Assembly: GCA_951406725.2 (NCBI GenBank)
Contig: OX597821.1
Coordinates: 6,138,001 to 6,202,000, forward strand
Reading direction: 5' to 3'
DNA from: Octopus vulgaris
Taxonomy: Eukaryota
Length of the DNA: 64,000 bases
In this document: one piece after another, positions 50,855 to 62,600 of the stretch
How positions within the stretch are numbered: position 1 is the first letter of the stretch
How the letters are laid out: each line of letters begins with the position of its first letter
Notes under the pieces: model-generated
Told to the model about the DNA's origin: nothing
The model's database searches: none
The model's input: the letters and a program-made list of their open reading frames with translations, nothing else
Translations under genes and position numbers: made by a program

Positions 50855-53683
50855 CTTCTACACAGTTTCCATCTACCAAATTCAAGCAAGACGGGTACCA
50901 AGTGGTGAGAGGGACAGATGCAAACACACACACACAGACACACACACACACATAGGCTTCCACACAGTTTCCATCTACCAAATTCAAGCAAGATGGTTAC
51001 CAAGTGGTGAGAGGGACAGATGCAAACACAGACACACACCCACACACCTATGACAGGCGTCCACACAGTTTCCCTCTACCAAATTCACTCACAAGGCACT
51101 GTATTTATTTACGTATTTATTTTTGTCTGTAGAATTACTAACCTGGCCTTAATTCAGTCATATTTCTCTCTTTGCCCTTCTCACAGACTTTTGGCTGCTG
51201 TGTCAGAGTATTCTGAAAACAGCAAGTTTCTTTTGATGCTTGGTCGTATCTATTGGCAACTGAAAGACTCCCATACAGACAACCAAGAGAGCAGCAACTA
51301 TTCGGAGAAGAGTTTTAAATCTTTCCTTCAGGTACCTATTTCATATGTTTGTTTATCTACGGTTAAATAATATTCTCTGGCTCTGGCTGAATGAATGAAG
51401 TACTAGTACTTGAAGGTACATGACTCAGTGGTTAGGGCATTGGGCTCACAATCATGAAGTAGTGAGTTTGATTCCCAGACCGGGCTGTGTATTGTGTTCT
51501 TGAGCAAGACACTTTTTTTCTCATTGCTCCAGTTCACTCAGCTGTAGAAATGAATTACGACGTCACTAGTGCCAAGTTGTATCGGCTTTGCCTTTCTCTT
51601 GGATAACATTGGATTTGTCCAGATTTGGACCTTGAAGGGGAACTTTCCAGGTGCAATTCTATGGTCATTCATGACCGAAAGGGGTCGTTACCAGCAATTG
51701 GATACCTTTCCTTAACTTTCTAACTTTTAATCCGGCCATTTTCAACCAAAATATTCTACTTGTTTTATGTTCAAAGTGACCAGATCCGACCTCTCACACC
51801 CACCTTGCAATGTCATTTTAAAAATAAACTATCACACCATCGAAATCTTGAAGCTGTATGGTTATACTTGATTAATTCAAAGCAATGTTAATAAGTAAGC
51901 ATTACATTTGGCAGAATAATCTGAATGCTATAATATATCTCTGTATGTCTTTTTGTTTTAGGCTGCCAAACTGGATCCTTACAATTGTGAGATATTTCTT
52001 TATCTCGGACATTTTTATCTTCATGTACAACAAGACAAAGGGTGAGTAGAGTTCTGTATTTAAGAGATGAGGAATTATTTACATTATTTACATTCGACGG
52101 ATATTTGTCCTCAACATTTCGGCTGATATACCCTCCAGCCTTCTTCAGGTGTCTTGGGGAAATTTTGAACCTGGGTTCTCATTCCTAAGGTATTTTTCGA
52201 TGTTGTTGTTGTTGTTATTATTATTATTATTGTTCAGGTCACTGCTTGGAATCGAACTCGGAATCTTGGGGTTAGTAGCCTGCACTCTTAACCACTATGC
52301 CATATGCCCGTGGGCAGTTATGGAGTGAATTTTAGGGCTTATAAATCTAATATTTTTCTATATTAAGAGTGCAGGCTACTAACTCCAAGATTCCAAGTTC
52401 GATTCTAAGCAGTGACCTGAACAATAATAATAATAATAACAACAACAACATTGAAAAATACCTTAGGAATGAGAACCCAGGTTCAAAATTTCCCCAAGAC
52501 ACCTGAAGAAGGCTTGTAGTTTTTTCCACTGGAATGTGACAGAAGCTGTTGTCTGCACATTTTCAGTGTTTATTGCTCCTGAGTATTTGCCACACAAATA
52601 TTATCTTCCCAGTTAGCCTTCCTTTGATATTGCTGTACATCTTATGGAGTTTCTTCCTACGCCTTTTCTATTGATCGAGCAAGGCTATCTACCTGAAGGG
52701 ATTTGTGATTTGTCTACCTTCCTACTTACTAGGACTTTGGTTTTTGCTAGATTGACTCTAAGGCCCTTCAATTCTAAACCTTGCTTCCACACTTGAACCT
52801 CCTCTTCTAGTTCTGGTAGTGACTCAGCTATTAGAGCAAGGTCATCAGCATAGAGGAGCTCCCAGGGGCATCCTGTCTTGAATTCCTCTGTTATTGCCTG
52901 GAGGTCTATGATGAATAAAAAGGTGTTGAGGACTGATCCTTGATGGACCCCTACCTGAAGTTCTTCGCTATACTCATTGCTAACCCTCAGCTTACTGACA
53001 GCATCCCTGTACATGGCTTGTACAGCTCTCACTAAACACTCATCTATCCTTAGTTTCTGCATTGACCACCAGATAAGGGATCAGGGAACACTGTCAAAGG
53101 CTTTCTCCATGTCAATGAAAGCCAAGTACAGAAGTTTACCTTTGGCAAGGAATTTCACCTGCTGTTGTCTTACCTGAAATATAGCATCAGTGGTGTATCT
53201 CCCTGCATAAACCCAAATTGCATCTCATCTAAACTAACTCTCTCCCTAATTAGTTGGGCTATGACCTTCGCCATAACTTTCATCACCTGATCCAACAATT
53301 TGATACCTCTGTAATTATTCCTATCTAATGTGTCACCTTTAGTTTTGTAGCAGTTGACTATGGTGCTGCTACACCAGTCATTGGGTATCACAACTTCATG
53401 TATCACCTGCTTGACTATACAGGTGACTAGTCTATAGCCTGCATTGCCAGGTATTTCAAGCATCTCTGCAGTGATTCCTGATGAGCCAGAGTCTTTCTCT
53501 GTCTTCATACCCTTAATTGCTTTATCTACCAAGGTACTGTCAATTTGGATAGCTGGTCCCTCTGTTGGGCCGACATTTGATAGACTCTCTTCCATTCATT
53601 CTCTTCATTTAGCAACCTTTCATAGTGGCCTCTCCAAGTCTCTCTCTTTGCAGCCTCATTATTAAATTATTAATAATATAATA

Positions 53684-53720
<37 letters not shown>

Positions 53721-56700
53721 TTAATGCTGGTATACACTCACGCACACATATGTATATTCTATCTATCATTGTGCACAACAATTTATATTCATTTTATCCA
53801 ATGCTTACATGTGTATATATGATACACTCACAAACACACACGTGTCCTATTTAACCAATGTTCACCTTTACATTTAATATATAAAACTGTATTTTTTGCT
53901 TATACACTTGGTTTAAACTTTTGTTTATTACAGAAAAGCTAGAAAATGTTACCAAAAGGCTTTTAATCTTGATCCTGAAAATTCTGATGTTGGTGCTGCA
54001 TTCTGTGATATTATGATGGATACTGGAGATGTTGGAGATGTAAGTGTGATTTTATTCAAAGAATACAGAAATACAGAACTAATAACAAAACTTCTAGACA
54101 GTTCCAAGGTTTTCTAGAAACAGCAGCCAAATAGTCCACACAAAAGGAATGGTCACAGCTGGATTGCCTTTGATTATAGGAATACTTGATTTGGACTAAC
54201 CTTGGATTAAGCAGTATCATCACTATAAAAAGAATGTTTGATTACGATTTGATATTTAATTATTTTTGATTTAAATTTATATTTCATGATGAGGATGTCA
54301 GTCTTGATTAATTATTGTAATAATAATTATAATAATAATAATCCTTTCTGCTGTAGGCACAAGGTTTGAAATATTGGGAGAAGGGCATAGTCAATTACAT
54401 CAATCCCAGTACTCAACTGGTACTTAATTTATTAATTCCCCACCACACAAAAGGATGAAAGACAAAGTCGACCTCGGTGGAGTTTGAACTCAGAGTATGA
54501 AGATGGATGAAATACTGCTAAGCATTTCACTTGGCATGCTAACGATTCTGCCAGCTTTCTACCTTAATAATAATAATAATGATAACAACAACACTGGAAG
54601 CTTTGTCAGAAATGGGGATTTAAAGCTGAAGGTTACATGCTATGATCATCGGGTCAAAAGAGTGCTGGAGTCGGAGAAATGCAAAATTTTATGGGATTTT
54701 CCCTATTCAAATAGATAAGAAGCTAGAAAAGGATAAACAAGACATAACAATAATAGACAAGGCAAAGTGAAGTTGCTTACTAATTGATCCATCATACTCA
54801 TTTGATTCCTAGATTGGAAAGAAAGACAATGAAAAAAAAAAAATAAAATCTCGTAAAATTTGAAATTGCAAGAATTTGGAGAATAAAAACTATAAAGGTT
54901 GTACCTGTAATAATTGTAAGTAAAGATATAGACAAATGATTGAAGGAGATTGAAAGAGAATGTCCTGTAGAGCTTAGGAAAGATTATCAGAAGGGTTTTA
55001 AGCACTTGAAGGTCTATTGAAAGCTTGTAGATATCTAAGGTTACGGGTAGAAACCTGCTACCCACATAAATTCTGCCAGGAATAAGAAGGCCAATGGGGT
55101 CCAGTTGGACTCCAGTTACCATATTTTATGCTATAACATCCACATAACTGGAAGTTTTTAACTCAAAATTTGTTTGTGCAGACATAAACTATTGATGATA
55201 AAAGTCATGAGATATAAAATCATTTGAATAAAAAATGTAAAAGTTGCATAACTTTTAAAGTTTGCTGGGCTCCCTTGGGACCCCACCAGCCATGAAAGGT
55301 TAATAAATACTTTTTTGATTTTGGTATTCTTTCCAGGAGAGTGTTTTAGAATATTTGAAGTCTGTGACTACTAAAGCTGGCCCTGGTGGGTAAGTGAATT
55401 ACAAGTATTTTTAATTAACACAGTAACTAACTAACCTAGTGCAAACAAGTGAGAGAAGTGTGGTGACAGACTTTGATACCTTTAACCAAATAATGAAAGA
55501 ATAGTTGAGGTCGATTTATTCTTTTACTTGTTTCAATTATTTGACTGTGGCCATGCTGGAGCACCTCCTTGAGGGGTTTTAGTTGAACAAATTGACCCCA
55601 GGACTTCTTGTTTTTTTTTGAAGCCTAGTACCTATTTTATCAGGCTCTGTTGCTGAACTGCTAAGTTATAGGGATGTAAACACATCAACACTGGTTGTCA
55701 AGCAATGATGGGGTCAAATGCAGAGACAAAGTTATAGATCTGCTTGATCAAGACAGCCATGGGTCATTGAGCTGCTTGATCAAGATATCCATGGATCATA
55801 GGTCTACTTGATCAGGACATCCATGGATCATAAGTTGGCTCGATCAAGGCAGCCATGGGTTATTGATCTGCTTGATCAGGACAGCAATAAGTTATAGATC
55901 TGTTTGATCAGGACAGCCATGGGTCATTGAGCTACTTGATCAAGACATCCCTGTATCGTAGGTCTGCTTGATCAAGAGAGCCATGAGTTATTGATCTTAA
56001 TCAGCTGTAGCTTATTGATCTTGTTGATCAAGGTAGTCATAGCTTATATAAATCTGCTTGATAAGGACAGCCATAGCTTATAGATCTGTTTGATTAAAAC
56101 ATCCATGGATCATAGATCTCGTTGTCTATACATCAACACCAATAATCTTTGTGTAATATATTAAATACTATTTCAGTGTTTTGTTTTTATTAATGTTTAT
56201 ATTGTTTTGTTTTTTTCTTTATTGCAGTGCTAAATGGGCTTGGTTACGGTTAGGATTGAAATATTTGAAGAATGAGGACCCCAATAATGCTGTTATTTCT
56301 TTCCAAGCTGCTCTGCGTCCCGATCCTCTTGATTTGTAAGTATTTTGCAAATCCTGTTGTTAATGGTGATAAATTGGCAGTGTTGTTAGGATATCAAGTT
56401 GACTTTCTTGCAATATTTGTACCATTTCGCTGCATTTTGAATTCAAATACTGCCATGGTCAACTTTGCCTAGATTCTCCAATGATCATCATCATTTAAAA
56501 CCTGCTCTTCATGCTGGCATGGGTTGGATGGTTTGACTGGAGCTTATGAGATGGAGAGCTGCACCAGGTTCCAGTCCGATTTGACCTTGTTTCTGCAGCT
56601 GGATGCCCTTTCTAATGCCAACCACTCCAGGAATGTAATGGGTGTTCTAACGTGCCATTTACGACACCAGCAACGATCACAACTACAATTCATCGGTGGG

Positions 56701-58945
56701 TGGCATTTACATGGCACCAGCAGTGACCCTGACGATTCATGGATGTCATTTGCATAGCACCACCAATGACTGTGACCAACAACCACAATTCCTGATTTAG
56801 ATTTATTTCAGCTCTTTGTATTCAGGCAAAGCGGCTGAGTTCCTTTTGAGTGTTGGCCTCATGGAGGCAAAGTGGCCAAACTCCTTTCGAGTGTTGGGCC
56901 TCATGGAGGCAATGACCAAGATCTTTGGCATTATGTTGTGCATGAGAAGACACATCAAGCTGAGCAAAACCGCAGTCGTGGCAGATACTGGTGTCATGCA
57001 AATGGCACCCGTGCCAGTGGCACGTAAAACACCCATTACACTCTTGGAGTTGTTGGCATTAGGAAGGGCATCCAGTCATAGAAAACCATGCCAAATCAGA
57101 CTGGATCCTGTGTAGCCTTCCAGCTTGCCAGCCCAGTCAAACCATCCAACCCATATGATGGTGGTGGTGATGGTGGTGGGCATGGCACGTTGAGCAAATG
57201 TCTGAAAAGTTCTTGCTTTAAGGGTATCACAAAAGGCCTGTTTGGAGGCCCAACCTTCTGAGTTCTCTTAATGTGGGAATCTAAGAGGGGAATATGTTGA
57301 ATAAAATCATAATTAACTGATTCTCTTGTATTTTCTTTTACCCAAAACCCGGAACTTTTCCGTACCCCCTCATGTAAATGTTTTTCCCCCGCTGAGCCAT
57401 AACTGTAAGACTGGTTGTGAATTAATTATGTTTTCAATTTGTAAACATTTAAAACCTTTATCCTTTTATTTATTCCTTTTCCCTTTTATCCACACAGTCA
57501 TATATGGGAATGCCTCGGTGAGGCCTACATTAATCGAGGCAGTTACACAGCAGCTTTAAAGGCATTTACTAAGGTCACTGAGGTATGTAACAGGTTTTCG
57601 GTTTTAATCTGATTGAGAGTACAACATCCTCCTCATTGAGCACATGCATGCATGCGCACAGTGAGAGAGAGAGAGAGAAAGAGAGGGGGGGGACTTTGTC
57701 ACCATTTGGTTCCAGGATCAATCTGAGTGAAGGGCGTCTTTGGAAAATTTCTTTTAACAAATCTTGGGTTTACTAAAGCATTTTGGGTAAAATATTGTAG
57801 GGAGAAAAACTGCTGTAGCTCATGTGTGTGTGTGTGTGTATGTGAGAGAGTGAGGCAGGAAGTGAAAGTGAGTATGTGGTGTGTGTATGTATGTAAAGAA
57901 ATAACCAAGGATACAGGCACTCTACCTCTGAATATGGCTTTGTTACAACTATATTCTAATAAATATTGTAATAATTTTATTTTTTTTATTGATTCTATAA
58001 AAATCCTCCATAGTTAATTTTAAAGAGGAATTTAGTAGAAATTAAAAAATAAATTTCTAAATTCAAACTAATATTGTTGCAGGATTGAAACAATATTGTT
58101 TATTTAATTATCATTAAAGTCCATAAATTTTCTTTCTTTCTTTCTTTCTTTCTTCAGCTTGATGCAGAGTCCGTCTACAGCCAGTACATGTAAGTAAACA
58201 TACATACATACATACGTATGTATATTTCTCTCCTTTGCCTTAGTTGACAATGATTGTCATTATCTCTTATTTTTAATGACTTCTTTTCATTAAGGGTTAA
58301 CTTCGATTAAAAATGTCTTTTATTGCACTACATTCAGTATACCTGCTCACACCTGCCTGCCTTACCATTTTATTTGTCATGTTATCCTGAAAAGAAACAA
58401 CATACAATAGTGAGGATCCTGTTTTGTCCTGCAGGGTACAAAGCAACCTCACCAGTGATGGTGCTATGATAAAACGCATCCAGTACACCCTGTAATGTGG
58501 TTGGTCAGTAAGTAAAGTCAGCATAAGGTTGAGTGAACCCTTTAGCTTTTCTTGTCTTTTGGAGAATATGGTAACCTCTCTAGTGTTGATGCCAATACTT
58601 CCTACACTCTTTAAAATGGCTGGTATTAGACAGGACATCCAGCCAAAGAAACCATGTTGAAATAGAGATATAATAAGAAAGATGTGGTTCTCTGACCTGT
58701 TTAGGATTGTTGCAACCTGCTTTACTGAGCCATCATGGAAAGTGAGTATAAAATATGATGATGCATGTGTGTGTGTGTGTCAAGGCATTTGGTCTTAGGT
58801 TCGGTCCCACTGTGCAGCATCTTAAGCAAGTGTCTTCTTTAGCCTCAGGATGACCAAAGCCTTTTCAGTGAATTTGATGAGCAGAAACTGAAAGAATTCT
58901 GGCATACACACACGTATACACACATGCACATATATGTATGTATGG

Positions 58946-58997
<52 letters not shown>

Positions 58998-59652
58998 AAT
59001 TATCTTGACATCACATGATGTTTGTAAATAAGCATTATTGTCAAACAAGTGATGTTGCTTGTATCCAGTCTTCCATGGAAGACACATCTGGTCCTGGGGA
59101 AATATTATTTCTCTTGGAAACAGATATAGGCGCAGGAGTGGCTGTGTGGTAAGTAGCTTGCTAACCAACCACATGGTTCCGGGTTCAGTCCCACTGCGTG
59201 GCATCTTGGGCAAGTGTCTTCTGCTATAGCCCCGGGCCGACCAATGCCTTGTGAGTGGATTTGGTAGACGGAAACTGAAAGAAGCCTGTCGTAATATATG
59301 TATATGTATATATATGTGTGTGTATGTTTGTGTGTCTGTTTGTCCCCCTAGTATTGCTTGACAACCGATGCTGGTGTGTTTATGTCAGGGTTACTTAGCG
59401 GTTCGGCAAAAGAGACCGATAGAATAAGTACTGGGCTTCCAAAGAATAAGTCCCGGGGTCGATTTGCTCGTCTAAAGGCGGTGCTCCAGCATGGCCGCAG
59501 TCAAAGGACTGAAACAAGTAAAAGAGTAAAAGAGTAAAGAGTATAAGGGTTGGCAACAAGAAGGGCATCAAGCTATAGAAAACCTGCCTCAACAAATCCA
59601 TTTGACCCTTGCAAGCATGGGAGAGTGGACATTAGATAATGATGATTTAAAT

Positions 59653-59691
<39 letters not shown>

Positions 59692-62600
59692 ACATGTCTT
59701 TTATTGAATGAAAAACAAACAAAACTAACAAAATGCTTTCATATTTTTATTTTGTTGCTCAGGATTGCTTTTATTAAACAAATTCTTGGTTTGTACTCCG
59801 AAGCAGTCACAGAATATAAAGTGATTTTGGAGAAGGAACCAGATTACGTTCCAGCTTTGAAAGGTGAAACTATTTTCTTTATAATCTTTTATTAACCCTT
59901 TAACATTTAAACTGGCCGTGTCTGGTCCAAATATTCTTCTTGATCTGTGTTCAAACTGGCCAGATCTGGCCTTTCATACCTACTTTACATTGTCATTCGA
60001 AAAATAAGCACATCATTGAAATTTACAAGATAATGCAGGATTAACTCTGAACAGTGTAAATAAATAAGCATTATATTTGATGAGTAATCTGAATGCTAAA
60101 GGATTAAGGCAGAATCGTTAATGTGTCAGGCAAAATGCTTAGCGACTTTTCATCCATCTTTTTGTTCTAAGTTCAAATTCCACTGCGGTTTTGACTTTGT
60201 TTTTTATCTTTTTGGGGTCCGTAAAATAAGTACCTGTTGAGCACTGCGGCTAATATAATCAACTATTCCCCTCCCTCAATTTCAGGTCTTGTGCATATTG
60301 TAGAAAGGATTATTATTATTATTATTATTATTGAGTGAGAGAGCAGTGCATGCCATCAAAGTGACACTGGGGTAAAATATACAAAGCCCAGTATACTCAT
60401 CATGACTACCTGTCTGATAAGGGTACACTAGGCACATGCATCACAACCATATGTGCGCGACATGGTGATCTCATAACAAGATAAACAGCGCATGACCTTG
60501 CAGGTGGGGTTCAGTTAGAATTTTCTTCTGGTCGAGTAGCCCATCCCACTCAAAAGGTCCCTGAATAAGGATTATTTAAGGATGTTGAATGAACCACCCC
60601 TGTTTCCAAAGGTGAATTATCCAATCCTCTAAGCTGAGCACTGGGATTGGTGCGGGTGGCTAGCTCTCTCCCTCCCACCCAAAATTTCAGGCATTTTGCC
60701 TGTAGTAAAAAGGATTGAATGCTTTAGTGTTTGTGATATTTAGCTGTAGCTCATCCCTTATAGAGCAGACAGATTTAACGTAGGGTAGTTGGTCAAACCA
60801 GTAGGTGTGAATCTCTGGATCACTAATCCAAACATGCTATGTCTCCACTAGATGTGGAATCAATCAGTACACTCAATCCTTCAAGATTATTGCATGATAT
60901 TGATGAGTTTTCGTTGTCGTTTAGGCTTCTGAGTCAACACTGATTGAACAAACATAAGCTCCAGTCAGCCCCTAAGGTGTGATTGATGGAGTTTTAGCTA
61001 GGACCATCCTGCCATTTTTTAGGGTCATCTAAGAAGCGTGAGATGTTTTGGCACAGCCATTTTGGTGCTGCCTACTTGGTTGTGATTCAACAGTGACTTA
61101 TTTGACATCATCATCATCATCATCATCATCGTTTAGCGTCCGCTTTCCATGCTAGCATGGGTTGGACGGTTCAACTGGGGTCTGGGAAGCCAGAAGGCTG
61201 CACCAGGCCCAGTTTGATCTGGCAGTGTTTCTACAGCTGGATGCCCTTCCTAACGCCAACCACTCCGTGAGTGTAGTGGGTGCTTTTTACGTGCCAGACA
61301 AGTCTGGCAAACAGCCATGATCGGATGGTGCTTTTTATGTGCCACCGGCACGGGGGCCAGGCGAGGCTGGCAACGGCCACGAACGGATGGTGCTTTTTAT
61401 GTGCCACCGGCACGGGGGCCAGGCGAGGCTGGCAACGGCCACGAACGGATGGTGCTTTTTATGTGCCACCGGCACGGGGGCCAGGCGAGGCTGGCAACGG
61501 CCACGAACGGATGGTGCTTTTTACGTGCCACTGGCACGAGGCCAGTCAGGGTGGCACTGGCAATGGCCGTTAAAATTTTTTTCTCCTTCTCTCCTCCTTC
61601 ACCCTTTCGATCTTTATGCCTCTGACCATTTTGTCATGTTTACATGTATGTGTAATATCACTGTCACTCTGCCTCTCTCTGTATATATGCGTTTATTTCT
61701 GTGTGTATATGTTTGCCTCCAGTGCCAAAACATTATTGCCTAAAGAGGTCAAATGTCCAGTCAGCCATGCCAAATCAGTGTCATCACCAGTGTCCAAACG
61801 TCTCCACCCAATCATCAATCATTTTCTTCCAATCTGAGAATGCTTCATCTGATGTTTTTGTCCCATTTTGAAGAGGGTAAAGTGCAATTTGAATGTGGTT
61901 AATTTGACTGTTATTTCTAGCAGGTCAAGCAACCGCATACATGTGCTCTTTACTCTTTTACTTGTTCCAGTCATTTGACTGTGGCCATGCTGGAGCACAG
62001 CCTTTAGTTGAGCAAATTGACTCCAGCACTTATTATTTGTAAGCCTAGTACTTATTCTATCGGTCTCTTTTTGCCGAACTGCTAAGTTACAGGCACATAA
62101 GCACACCAGCATCATTTGTCAAGCGATGTTGGGGGGATAAACACAGACACAAAAACACACATATATATATACATATATATATGTATATATGATTGGCTTC
62201 TTTTCAGTTTCCGTCTACCAAATCCACTCACAAGGCTTTGGCTGGCCCGAGGCTATAGTAGAAGACATTTGCCCAAGGTGCCACGCAGTGGGACTGAACC
62301 AGGAGCCATGTGGTTGGTAAGCAAGCTACTTACCACACAGCCACTCCTGCACTCTTGATGATTTGTTTCCATTGAAAAAAATGTAGTTTCTTTGACATCT
62401 GCCATTTACAGAATTGACACATATATGACTACATGGGGAAAATCAAAGGTAAAATTTGAAATGTAACTTTCACAGGTGCATTATTTTCAGGACAGGTGTA
62501 TCTAGGACATTATCCAATATCTATCTTTTCTTTTTAGATAGTGAGGTGTGATTGAGAAGGGATTTGGCTACTATTTCTTGCTCCCATATTGGTTTGACTA

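Noticed and set aside
55735-56120. CRISPR-like regular repeats (also 33560-34430 and 48730-48930)
   Set aside because: Eukaryotic context, degenerate head-to-tail units without unique spacers, and no cas genes.
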